Positions 23,016 through 34,626 of a DNA stretch of 64,000 nt are shown here, piece after piece. The DNA comes from Macrostomum lignano (lineage: Eukaryota): NCBI GenBank assembly GCA_002269645.1, contig NIVC01001908.1, forward strand, positions 158,885 to 222,884, in the 5' to 3' direction. Each line of letters begins with the position of its first letter. The first letter of the stretch is position 1. The position numbers and the translations under genes are program-made. The notes beneath the pieces are model-generated. The model ran no database searches, had not been told where the DNA came from, and saw only the letters and a program-made list of their open reading frames with translations.

Positions 23016-24165
23016 TGGCGCCACTCTAGTGTAAATTTTGGCGCCCCTCTAGTGTATATCATGGCGCCCATCTAGTGTATATTATGGCGCCACTCTAGTG
23101 TAAATTATGGCGCCACTCTAGTGTATATTCTGGCGCCACTCTAGTGTAAATTATGGCGCCCCTCTAGTGTATATTCTGGCGCCACTCTAGTGTAAATTAT
23201 GGCGCCACTCTAGTGTAAATTATGGCGCCACTCTAGTGTAAATTATGGCGCCACTCTAGTGTATATTATGGCGCCACTCTAGTGTAAATTATGGCGCCAC
23301 TCTAGTGTAAATTATGGCGCCACTCTAGTGTATATCATGGCGCTCATCTAGTGCATCTAGTGTATTTTATGGCGCCACTCTAGTGTAAATTATGGCGCCA
23401 CTCTAGTGTATATCATGGCGCTCATCTAGTGCATCTAGTGTATTTTATGGCGCCACTCTAGTGTAAATTATGGCGCCACTCTAGTGTAAATTATGGCGCC
23501 CCTCTAGTGTATATTCTGGCGCCACTCTAGTGTAAATTATGGCGCCCCTCTAGTGTATATTCTGGCGCCACTCTAGTGTAAATTATGGCGCCACTCTAGT
23601 GTAAATTATGGCGCCACTCTAGTGTATATTCTGGCGCCACTCTAGTGTAAATTATGGCGCCACTCTAGTGTATATTATGGCGCCACTCTAGTGTATATTA
23701 TGGCGCCACTCTAGTGTAAATTATGGCGCCACTCTAGTGTATATTATGGCGCCACTCTAGTGTATATTATGGCGCCACTCTAGTGTAAATTATGGCGCCA
23801 CTCTAGTGTATAATATGGCGCCACTCTAGTGTAAATTATGGCGCCACTCTAGTGTATATTATGGCGCCACTCTAGTGTATATTATGGCGCCACTCTAGTG
23901 TAAATTATGGCGCCACTCTAGTGTATATTATGGCGCCACTCTAGTGTAAATTATGGCGCCACTCTAGTGTATATTATGGCGCCACTCTAGTGTAAATTAT
24001 GGCGCCACTCTAGTGTATATTATGGCGCCACTCTAGTGTATAATATGGCGCCACTCTAGTGTATATTATGGCGCCACTCTAGTGTATATTATGGCGCCAC
24101 TCTAGTGTATATTATGGCGCCACTCTAGTGTATATTATGGCGCCACTCTAGTGGGTATTATGACG
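23016..24165. repeat. Satellite-like array, about 50 x 23 bp (TATGGCGCCACTCTAGTGTA[A/T]AT), in DEG/ENaC intron 3
   Basis: Direct inspection. The unit contains palindrome TGGCGCCA and near-palindrome CACT-CT-AGTG. Confidence 0.95.
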
Positions 24166-24454
24166 CCCCCTCTTATGATTAAAATCTGCCCCCCCCCTCA
24201 TTTTATAATTCTTAATCCGCCTCTGTAAATCACTTAATATGGCTTTCACGCGATCGAAAATTTCTATGACCGGAAAGTTTTGCTTGTCTCTTTACAAGTA
24301 ACAAGTAAAAAATTGACCATTTTTAGGATTAAAAAAATTGAGCTTCTGAAATGGACGAAATTTAGAACATTATTCGGTAGATTTATGCGCATTTCTTAGC
24401 CTGTGAAGTTGCATCAGTAACCATTTGGATGCATTGTTAGTACAATTGACTTAC

Positions 24455-24731
24455 TCAACAATCTGTGAGACGTTGGCTGACCGGAAGTCGCCGCAGTAGG
24501 GCACACTTGGACTCGGCAGGCCCGTCGGTCGGGGCAGCCTCGACAGCAGGCATCCGCAGAGCGCGATGGCCCGCCGGTTCATCGCCTGCTCTTTGCAGGC
24601 CTCGAAGCTGTACGAATAGACGTTGTCCAGGTCGGTGATGCTTGGCAGGCTCTTGGCGTGGCACTTGTCGATGGGCGAGTCTCTGGCCTCCTGCCAGTGC
24701 ACGGTCTCGAAAGCGATCTCCACCATTTTGC
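24455..24731 (-). CDS. DEG/ENaC channel exon 3 (Cys-rich thumb)
   Basis: Acceptor cctag|GC at 24732/24731 completes G|GC. Reads KMVEIAF...DKC...YSYSFEAC...LCGC...PYC. Donor GA|GTAAGT at 24455/24454. Confidence 0.88.
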
Positions 24732-27075
24732 CTAGGAATGGTTGGATGAAGTATTCCGATCAGTTTGCAAGTACACACACGATGACTTGTTGTTGCACAC
24801 CGAACGAAGCAACGCAGGACAACACAGGATCCAGTGTCACACAGGCCAATAAGGGCTACTGTAATTACCAAACCCGCAGGGTTTCCCACGGCCTGATTAG
24901 AAGTCCCACAGCCCCCCCCCCTGCGACTTCGATACAGGTAGTTGACTCATCCTGTAAATTACAAGTAGCGCATCAAGATTGGTGTAAAAATATTCGAGAC
25001 CGTTTCCGGTGCATTTCTTGGCCGCTGTTAGCCTTTAAAAGGACAAATTTATTTTGGTTTGAAAGTATTCATCGCCATAAAGATTCGCAAAAGGGCTACG
25101 GGTGCAACGCCTTTGATGACATCGTCCCAATTCTGCTCACTTTGCTGACTCCTGAGACTTATTCAGGGGAATTAAATTCAACTGCTCATGTTGCGAACGC
25201 TTTAAAATTGATTGTAGAAGCTGGCACTTCAGAACTGCTCCAACGATTTCATTTCGGTTCGCGTGGCAAAGGTGGGGATTGAGCTGCCTCCGCTTCAATA
25301 ATGTCAGGCGATTAAAACCAAGCCAGACTGTTGCATGCTGGCGTGTTGGCTGAGTTGAGGAAGGAGATTTTAAGTAATCAAAAATGCCTCTCACCTTTTC
25401 CTCGGATCAGAATACGGAAGCGCCTACTGATGTGGTTCAAAGAGGATGATTATTAGCAAGCAACAGAGAAGCAAAAATACAACTTTGACAGCGATTTTGA
25501 ATACATTTCAAATACTTCTAGCCTTGTCAATCATAGTTAAACAAAATAATCAATAAATAGCAAGTCCTATCTGTCTGGCATTAGGAATAAAAAATTCCAG
25601 CATCACTTTTTGATTAGTTGGAACCTGACAATGAGGATGTACACCCTGCGTGAGCGTCCGTGTCTGGTTGACGGACTGGACATAGCTGTTTGTCTTCTTG
25701 CTGACTGCGGTTCGAACCAGGGCCCTCTGAAAACGAACTAATACAGAGAACTCTCTAGTCCTACAAATTAATACATGAAGCTGCACACATCTTTCCACAC
25801 TAATAATTATTATTAATCCCGACTGGCTAAATTAATACGGATTGCAAAAAGAAGTGAAATTCTGTTTGCCAAGCCGTCGCAAGCGAAAATTCCTTCCTAC
25901 CAGAGGAATGACAAATTAGCATTCTTATTGCTAATAAGTCAGTCGCAGTGGTGCATTGAGCCGCCGTTTTGGCTGTAGAGGGCCTGGTGCGGTTGTAATT
26001 ACTAGAGAAGCTTTCAGCCGGACGAATTGGAAGAAATTTGGCTTTTTAGAGACCCTAGAAAACAGCACGCTTCTTCAATGCATCGGCGACGCTGTATCCA
26101 AGCGCGAACGGTGGAAATTATTTGAGGAGCTCTTATTTCAAATCCTAAAACCTACTACTCACCATATGAGAAATAACGAAATTCAATGCTATAAATTTTA
26201 TGATACACATATCGAAATCAAGCGTATGCAAAGCTTCATCAACCCATCAGCTTGTAGGTAATTGCCAGGACAGTTCAAGGATATTTGCGATGCGCGCCTT
26301 GCATTCAGTGCCAATTAGGCAAAAAACAGTTCCATCTGGTTTTTTTAATTAATATGGTCACGGAGATTCCAACAATTATGACCCAACTTTAGACGTTTTT
26401 GCCTTATTGGTATTCTATGCAAGACGATTTTAAAATTATTTGATTGCAACTGAGGACTGCCCTCGAACTGGGCTGCTCTGATATTTAAATTTATCTTCCA
26501 AAGCTATGCACGGGGCTGGGGAACGTTTTAAAGATGTGGTGGGGCCAACAGGCTTAGCGGTATAAGTCTGAGATAAAAATACAAAGTTTCCAGTATTACA
26601 TTATACAGTAAACATACCGAATTTTCTTGGCTAAAGTGGTGGGCATAGCGGATTTAATTCATGGGGACAGTCGGCAAGTCCTACGCCCAAGGTATTTCTG
26701 ATTGAATGCGCGACACTTCAGAAAAGTCCAGACGATTTTATGCGATAAAAATGCGAATTTTTAGTGTCTTCCGAGATTTATTCATCATAGAAATTGGCTA
26801 GAAACGTTTAGAGGTGATTCGGAAACAGCAAGATGTCGCAGTACAAGTAGTGCTTAAGACGGTTATTCAATAGTTTCAATCGCTTCAGTGGTTGTGAAAT
26901 GGAACTGCTGAGAAATGCCTTAAAACCGATTGTAAATTGGTTTTCATAAATGACAACAGCGAATGATGAATTTTAATCGTTTTAATCGTTAATCTGTTGC
27001 TTTCAGAGCGCCAGTTATTTTAAAGTCACTTCTCAATCACTTTACATGTGCCTTTCAACCGCTTACCAGTGGCTC

Positions 27076-27443
27076 GAGGGGGCCGTAGCCCAGCGGTAGC
27101 GCAGCTGCTCTGGTGTGCCAGCGACCCAGGCTCGATTCCAAGTGCAGTCACATTAATTTGGGGCTGAATTGGAATCTCGGCTTACTCTGCTCGTGCAATT
27201 AACGGCCTTGAGAGCCAACCCCCCAAGGCGCAGTGAAGTGTACATGCCTAACGATAAAATAAAGTTAGGGCCGCTGTACACTCCTGTGTGAGTGTGTGCC
27301 TGCGTACGTATCCGCGCGCTTGTATGCCTGCTCAGGGGAGTCGGCAGAATGGGCAGTAATGCCTCTCGTCGGTTGTGTGCCTATGTCGCTTAAAGTGCGC
27401 CAGGGTGCACACAACCCCCCTGCCTCTAATAAAAAAATAATAA
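27076..27443 (+). mobile_element. Full-length tRNA-derived SINE with a hairpin central domain
   Basis: A-box TAGCCCAGCGG (27086-96), B-box-like GGCTCGATTCC (27129-39), A/AAT-rich tail (27428-43), and a perfect 12-bp TSD TACCAGTGGCTC (27064-75 and 27444-55). Confidence 0.85.
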
Positions 27444-27641
27444 TACCAGTGGCTCTAAAGACTAGAAACTGGATGACTCCAAGTGGCACCAACCCCTCTC
27501 TATCGGTCTTCGCCACTCCCCCCCAAGCCAACTAAGCCACTCGACGCGATCCTCGAGTCTCACAGTCTGTTTGGTCAGCGCTGGTAGAGCCTAGTGAGTT
27601 ATGGCTAGGCCGTGTCCCAACAATACGACTCTTTGGCTCAC

Positions 27642-28087
27642 CTGGCTCGATGTGCACGCCACCGTGGTCGATGTCCGGGTGCAGGCCGGCCTCGTGCAGC
27701 AGAAGTCGCAGCCCGTGCGCCTGGTCGAAAACGTCCATGACAAAGGCGCGCTCCCAGGGCGAGGTGACGGCAGTCTGGCTGTCGCCGAGGCTCAGGATGA
27801 GGTACACGGTAGATAGTCGACGCGAACTTTCGGGTTCCAGCGGCACCACCGAGTAGCAGTTGAAGTAGCGCGGATGCGACACCAGCTGGAAGCGGAGTTG
27901 GCACTCCTTGGCCTTGCCAACCATGGCGTAGTTTCCGACGGTGATCATGCAGTGCAGCAGGAAGTCCTCGGCCGTGTGGCCCATGCGGACGGCCAGAGGA
28001 GGCGGTAGGTTCTGGTAGTAGGTGCTGACTTTGTCGTAGAATAGCAGAGTGCTGGCATGGCGGAACTCCCCGGCTAGCAGAAGTGAC
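27642..28087 (-). CDS. DEG/ENaC channel exon 2 (finger/palm)
   Basis: Acceptor cccag|G at 28088/28087 completes AG|G. Motifs GHTAEDFLLHC, HPRYFNCY, GLRLLLHE...P...GVHIEPG. Donor G|GTGAGC at 27642/27641. Confidence 0.9.
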
Positions 28088-28140
28088 CTGGGTTCGCATA
28101 TTATTCAGTGGGAAATTTTTGTTGCACAGTGTAGGCTCTC

Positions 28141-28524
28141 GGCCTCTCCCCTCCTCTCTCCCTCCTCTCTCCCTCCTCTTCCCCTCCTCTTCCCCTCCTC
28201 TCTCCCCTCCTCTCTCGCCTCCTCTCTCCCCTCCTCTCTCCAATCCTCTCTCCCCTCCTCTCTCCCCTCCTTTCCCCTCCTCTCTCGCCTCCTTTCCCCT
28301 CCTCTCTCCCTCCTCTCTCCCTCCTCTCTCCCCTCCTCTCTCCCCTCATCTCCCTCTCTTCTTTCTTCTCCTCTCTCCCCTCCTCTCTCCCTCCTCTCTC
28401 CCCTCCTCTCTCCCCTCCTCTCTTCCCTCATCTCCCTCTCTTCTTTCTTCTCCTCTCTCCGGGCCGCAGTCATGCACTAGATTCTATATACGGTCCTTAA
28501 GTTAAAAAAGTTTGGCAACCCCTG
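28141..28524 (-). mobile_element. Truncated hAT/Charlie-like MITE with internal (GGAGA)n tract
   Basis: Terminus (minus strand) CAGGGGTTGCCAAACTTTTT followed by ATATAGAATCTAGTGCATGACTGCGG, homologous to the copy at 31140. Second TIR not seen. Confidence 0.55.
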
Positions 28525-29970
28525 TTCTACGCTCGTATAACGAAGTCAGCGATTGATCATTGCAAAAAGAGTCGGAGAAGTAACGTACGTGAAGAAAAAA
28601 GTATATTTCGGGTTCTAAAATAAAAATTACCTTCCTATACTTCTATTTCAGGCTTTATTGAATGCGTGACTTATATGAAAAGGACAGTTGTTGAAGATCT
28701 CGGACACACGAACAACAGGCGCACTAGGAGAGCACAGACATAGAAAAATTAATAAAATCCCGCTATAGAGCTGCTGGTGATATAGGAAAATGAGAGAGTA
28801 AGGGATATTTTAGTTGCCAAAGCATTTCCCCTAAAGCAGTGAAAATGGATCTTTACCAAAAAGGGGGGGAACCACTGCGGAGGTGAAACCAGCCTGCTGA
28901 GAAATGAACAAACACTGAACTCTAAGGGAAAACTTCAAGTGTTAAAAGTACACTCTGCTGCTGTATAAACAGGTCTGCCAATGCAAAATTGGCTTTAGCT
29001 TCTCTGCATGCAGGAAGTGGCTGACGAACCAGAAATCCAAAACCGTAGCAAACTGGAACTATCGCGAAAATGAACATAGAGCGTTTGATAGAGAAATAAA
29101 GTCTAAATCTGCTTCCCTACTCTCGGATTGAAACCTTGACTACTGTCTCCCATGAAGAATTGAATGCAAGAAAAGTACAGCTTCAACCGATTAATTTCCG
29201 ATTCAGTTCTCGTGCAAGAAAATTTGGCTGTAGCGAGTTGGAGTTGAAGCGTAAATATGGTTTAACCTTTAGCTACTTCTTGAGCGCTTTCAGAGGAAAG
29301 CACAGACATGAGACATAGCCATTTATGCTCAGCAACATTGAATAGTCGCCACCCTTTGCCCCAATGAGCAGTGTCTTTCGACCACCACCGTCTATCACCT
29401 GTCCAATCATTTTGATATTAAAAATGCTCGAAAAACTCGATTAAAAACTCGAAAGTCAATACTGAGCTAGAATTTACTGGGCACTCTCAAAGGTGGCGAC
29501 TTTTTAAGGTTGTTCAGTGTATAAAAAATAAATACCCCCCCCAGGAGAGACATCGTTGGAGACATCGCAACAGCCTTGGAGACCTCGTCCCTGCGGTGAG
29601 GCAGCGGTGAGTGGGGGTTGGGACAACCCCGGCCAATGCTTATGCACAAGTCTCAAATGAATATGACCGCGCAAGGTCCACTCCTGACTCATTATTGAAG
29701 CGTTCAAAAGTTATAAGACTCTCCCAGATCAATCAAGAGCACTCGTAAGAGAAAAAACTGACTGAATGAATTCTGATTCTGATAAAGATTGCATCACAAC
29801 CGGCTTTTTATTTATCATTAGTCTGAATTGTGACTCTAGGTCACTCTTGACTCCTAGCGCTTGACTCATTGAGTCCTAGTTTCATAGCACGAGTCCCGGA
29901 TTTTGGCTGGCACTTGATAGCAGGTACCACACAGACACATCATATCAAGCTCAACAGTACCATACTTTAC

Positions 29971-30446
29971 CTAGTTAGATTTCTCAGCCTGCGACTGAAA
30001 TTGGTGGGCGACTCGGCGAGCCCGGAGCTCCAGAGGCCGCGGGCTCGCTTAGCAAACGGATAATGGCTGCAGAGCGTGATGGCTGGAAACGCGCTCGCCT
30101 CGTTTGCCGCTATTGACGTCTGAATGGCCACGTCGTACTCCAGGTAGTTGGCTAGCACCCGTGACGAGGAGTAGAGGAGAAGCGACACCATTAGCAGCAC
30201 GAACACCAACCATAGGCAGCGCAGGAACAGCGACTCGGCTTTGCAGATGCGCGGCACCCCGCGAAGGCTGCTGTTCAAGCAGAACAGGCTGCGGATCTCA
30301 GCGCAACGACTGACTCCGGCAGATGCAGCCGAAGCTGACATCCTTGACGGTGGAGCCGTTCGGCGACGCTCGCCGCCGCTTCTACGCGAGCTCGACGATT
30401 CTAGCGCTGTCGAAGTCAAAGTTGTTGCAAATTCGCTGTCCTGCAT
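29971..30446 (-). CDS. DEG/ENaC channel exon 1 (N-terminus, TM1, FPAITLC)
   Basis: ATG at 30446. Reads NSSLRGVPRI, LWLVFVLLMVSLLLY (TM1), YLEYDV and FPAITLC. Donor AG|GTAAAG at 29971/29970. The four exons join in phase to about 567 aa. Confidence 0.9.
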
Positions 30447-31139
30447 TACTGCGCCTGTTCGCTTCTCAGCTTGTGTGAGAGATTTGATTAATTTTTAAGC
30501 CGCGTTGTCGCCCACCATTGCGATTGGCCCGGGCTCGCTATTGGCTTTGGTCGCGGGAAAGTTGGAAAATCCAACTTGACTCCTGTTCATACTTCGCTTC
30601 AGCAATGAAAGCTGCAGGAGAGTTGCTTCCGCGATATTATTTCTCTCCTGCTATGAAATTTCATCTGTGCATTGTATTCTACCTCATTTATTCACTGCTG
30701 ACGCGCCACACTCCCTTCTCTTTCTCAGCGCCCGTCACTGACACACATCACGATGTCAAACAATCTGAATACTGCGCTGGCTGCAAACTTCCAGCCAGTT
30801 CTCATCCCCCCCGGCTGTCAGCTGGGAAAGTGACGTTGCCTTCTATCGCTTTATCCCGTCTATTATCATGATACACACATGAGGCCTGCACAGCTTATTA
30901 ATTCCGTGATCCTTCCTTCACATAGGTGTTAGTGAACCGAATTTTCAGCTGTTAGTCCTTCTTTTTCAACGGAATATTAATTTTTAGCGTACTGTATATA
31001 TTTATTTTCAAATTGCAACCATTTCGGACAGAAAAATTGCAAGCTTTTTAAAGTAAAGAGGCATCAGTTGTCTGTATTTTTGCGTGTGGTGGACCCCAAA
31101 TCGGGCCGTTTTATCTTTTATGCTTGTGTGTGTGTATGT

Positions 31140-31390
31140 CAGGGATCGGTAAACTTTTTAGCTTATGAGCCAGATATAGAATGTAGCGCATGACTGCGGG
31201 CCAGATGGGAAAAGAAAGAAGAGGAGGGAGATGAGATAGGAATGGAGAGAGGAGATAGGAGGGGAGAGAGGAGAGATGAGGGGAGACAGGAGATAGGAGG
31301 GAGAGAGGAGATAGGAGGGAGAGAGGAGATAGGAGGGAGAGAGGAGATAGGAGGAAGTGAGGAGAGAGGAGAGAGGAGGGGAGAGAGAGG
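31140..31390 (+). mobile_element. Truncated hAT/Charlie-like MITE with internal (GGAGA)n tract (inverse orientation to 28141-28524)
   Basis: CAGGGATCGGTAAACTTTTT...ATATAGAATGTAGCGCATGACTGCGG followed by a GA-rich tract. Confidence 0.55.
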
Positions 31391-31560
31391 AGAATTCCAG
31401 GTCTTTCTCTAAATGCATGTATAGCCTCGCACGCGCGCTGACGGGCAGACATCTTCCAACTGTTTACTTTTACTTTGTCCACCTGCTGCTAAATTTAGCC
31501 TGTGCTATACGAGTACGAGTTGGCAATTTAGTTCCGTGTTCGTTGATTTGTCCAACTGAT

Positions 31561-31866
31561 AATATAATAATAATTATTATTGATTACACCTGCCCCAATG
31601 GCCAGATGTGCAACCGACAGCTCAGCCGCAGCTATTGCGTGGCGCATCTGAAGGCTGCGTACGGCTGTTCAGTCCAAGGACTGGGGGGTCGCCACACACA
31701 GCCTCAATTACTCCAGCTAATTCTGGCACCCATTTTACAGCTGGGAGAACTGAAGCAATGCAGAGTTAAGTGTCTTGCTCAAGGACACAAATTGTTCCAG
31801 TAGGTCGAGATTCGAACCCCGACTTTTCAGTCGTGAGTCCGACGCTCCAACAACTAGGCCACAACC
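31561..31866 (-). mobile_element. tRNA-derived SINE with CORE-like domain, copy 1
   Basis: Minus strand: tRNA-like head with B-box GGTTCGAATCT, then GTGTCCTTGAGCAAGACACTTAAC...CAGCTGTAAAATGGG (resembles the MIR/CORE domain), then an (AAT)n tail. Clearly homologous to the copy at 57.1 kb. Confidence 0.8.
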
Positions 31867-32990
31867 AGTCACAACCTGGTTGTCCTAATGGAATGAAAAG
31901 CGGCAAAATTGAGTCTGCTTTCGCTACCAGATAAAAATCCTTAGCTCAAGGCGAGAATTTATAATTCAAGACAATTATTTAAAGCTTCGTACATCATATT
32001 GCATAAGCCTTGCTTTGATGTGCATCTTGCTGGCGGTGGGGTTGAGCACCAACTCAGAGTTCTGTGAGTAGTCAACGAGTGTCTCTCTTTTCTCATTGCT
32101 TTCGCATAGTGTCTATTAATTATTGATTTCCCATTGAATTGTACAGGATTGACCCGCCCCTTGGAATGTTCATTCCTTATTCCTTGTGCATGTATAACTG
32201 GTGTGGTTGATTTTTTATGTCTGTGCAGACGTTTATCCGTCTTCTAGCTCGTACTCATACGCCAATCAAATCTTCCTCAGTTAAAATTTCACTAGAATTT
32301 CGTATGCTTTCGAATTTTCATTTAGAATGAACAGAAAATGCATTTGTAATCATCACTGAATGCTTCTACATTTTCCTTTATGCTAAAATTGGCATTCAAA
32401 AGCTCGCAGCATCAATTTTCTTAAGCTCGGGCAGGGGGGGGGCGACTAAACGGCAGGGTATGGATCGAGCGGCTAGAGTATGAAAAAGCAGCCAAACCCA
32501 ACAACGGCGCGGAAATTGCTGGATCGCAGCTTTCACAGGCACACCCCGGATGGATGGCAGTGCGTGAATTGGATAAAATGCTATTGCATTAGCGATTCAG
32601 GCTATGAAACACAGATCCTTTTAGACCCTAGGTGTCTCGCTCGGCTAGCTATGGTTTGCTACTGTTTGATGGGCCAACACTCAAAACTGGCAATACCATC
32701 TACCATGCCATCTACCAAGTTCTGGAGTAGGTTTTACTCTCTAAACATATCAGCACGTGCTATTCAGTCAAGCAATGTCCAACTGCGATCAAGCATACAG
32801 GGTGCTAAACTGTTTATAACCGTTGGTAAAAACCGAAGTCCTTTCCGACGCTGTGGATTACTATTATTTATGCTGATTGTCATTTAAAAACCTTCTGCTT
32901 AAACTCTGTTTTTAATCGAAATATACGGTGTTTCATTCGTTTTTAGACTTAATTCTGCTCGGGGAATTGTTTTTGCTTTAATGTACGTTG

Positions 32991-33229
32991 GTCTCTCTCT
33001 CTCTCTCTCTCTCTCTCTGGGTGCCATATCGACGAAGGACATCGGCGACCACAGCCTTCCAGAAAGCACGGTCCATTGACGTGTGAAGTATTTCCAGGCT
33101 GTTCAGGTTCATCCATTGAGACAGATTCTTTAGAAAGGTTACTCGCTGTCTTCCACGATCTCTTCTTCCTCCCTTCCTCATAATATGGCGAAAGAACTCC
33201 AGCTGCTGTTTCTGAATGTTCGTCATCAA
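32991..33229 (-). mobile_element. 3' end fragment of an RTE-clade LINE with (GA)n tail
   Basis: IQKQQLEFFRHIMRK...RDRGRQRVTFL...DRAFWKAVVADVLRRYGT matches the RTE ORF C-terminus and runs directly into a (GA)n tail. Confidence 0.75.
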
Positions 33230-33634
33230 CTTCCTTCTGCAACCAGCTCTTAGCAGAACATCTTCATTCTCGGTGACTGGTCCAGCTCACTCTCAGGTGC
33301 GCCTTAACAACCACAACTTCCATTTCTCGATTATTCTTTCCATTGCTGGTGATATTGTCCAGCACTCCGACCCATACGAGTATGTGAGAACGTTAGTACG
33401 TATTGAGGTCGCTTAGAGGGCAATTTTATAACATCAGCGCTACAAGTCTGACAAGTGATAAACGAATACTGGCAATTTTATGAAGCACAGATTATTTCTT
33501 TTAGTCATTTATTCCAAATTCGGAGTTTTCGTGTGATAGTGATGCGAAATCCAATTTTTCGAAGCTTCTCTCCGTCTACCACTGGTAATTTTTAGGTAGG
33601 TCACCTCGAGGTTGGATAAAACCAAGCAAAAGTC

Positions 33635-34626
33635 ATGAATCTTCTTCAATTTTGGAAATTCAACGAAGAACCTGTCAACCGTGTAGAGAGAGTCTTCATT
33701 CAAAGAACGTTCTTCGAGGACGACGACATGGATTTTGTGCAGCGCTTTCGTTTGAGCAGAAACACTTTTGAAGAGCTGAAACGCCTGATCGGACCCGTGC
33801 TTCAGCACCAAACACACGTAGCTTTGCCTTGACAACGAAGCAGCAAATACTGACAGCGCTACCTTTCTATGCAGAAAACTCACTCTACCTCTAGAGGCGT
33901 GCATGGACCGTCCGAGGCAACAGTTGGTCAGGTTGTTGCTCGTAAAGCGTGTCACTTGAGCCATTACTGATACATTGTTTCAAGACGTTGTGCGCTGGCC
34001 CCAGCAAGATGTGGAGAATCTGGCAGTAGAAGTTTTCCAGCTTGGTGGACTGCCTTGCATCTGTGACGCAGTGGATGGAACATTGATCCAAACTAGCCCC
34101 CTCCCCATCTGAGAATGAAGCTCAGCTCGTGGAAGAAAGGGTGGACACATTCGCTGAGCGTCATGGTTGTCTGCAGACTGAAGTGCCAACTTTTCTACGT
34201 TAATTCTGTATGGCCAGGTAGCGTGAACGATGCCCGCGTGCTACGGATCTCTAATGTTTACAACTAGCTTCGTTTTTTCCTAGGTATACCCTGCTGGTGA
34301 CGATCAATCTACCCATGCTTTCAGTGGTTGATCCCCCCAGGAGAAACGCTTCAATTAATACAGAAAAAGCTTGAAGGCCTATTCATTTCTAGTTGTCCCT
34401 GGGCCTGCTAAAAATCCGATTTCCATGTCTGCGCACGTTGAGAGTCAAGGGACCCACGTGCGCAAGTGAAATTGTGAAAGCCTGTTCAGTGCTGCACAAA
34501 TTGTGCATCGTACACGAGGATGCCATCAACGACGGTGTAGTTCAACAGTACTTTTCAGAAGTTGAGAACTCCGCGATTGGTGCGAATTGGTTGCTCAGGA
34601 ACAGTAGCTGTGACTGTCAGATGTAG
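33635..34626 (+). pseudogene. Degraded PIF/Harbinger transposase (HARBI1-like DDE nuclease)
   Basis: Frameshifted or stopped motifs in the expected order: FVQRFRLSRNTFEEL, QQILTAL.FYA, GLPCICDAVDGTLI, SVNDARVL, LLGD, GLLKIRFPCL, IVKACSVLH. Confidence 0.8.

Noticed and set aside
27078-27145. tRNA gene
   Set aside because: Has A/B boxes but no complete cloverleaf or oligo-T terminator, and continues into a SINE body with tail and TSD.
29560-29650. HDV-like ribozyme (ACCTCGT loop, GGGGTTG/CAACCCC hairpin, GCCAA linker)
   Set aside because: P3 and P1.1 contain mismatches, G1 is absent, and no P2 pairing could be drawn; an RNArobo/Infernal search would be needed to revisit it.
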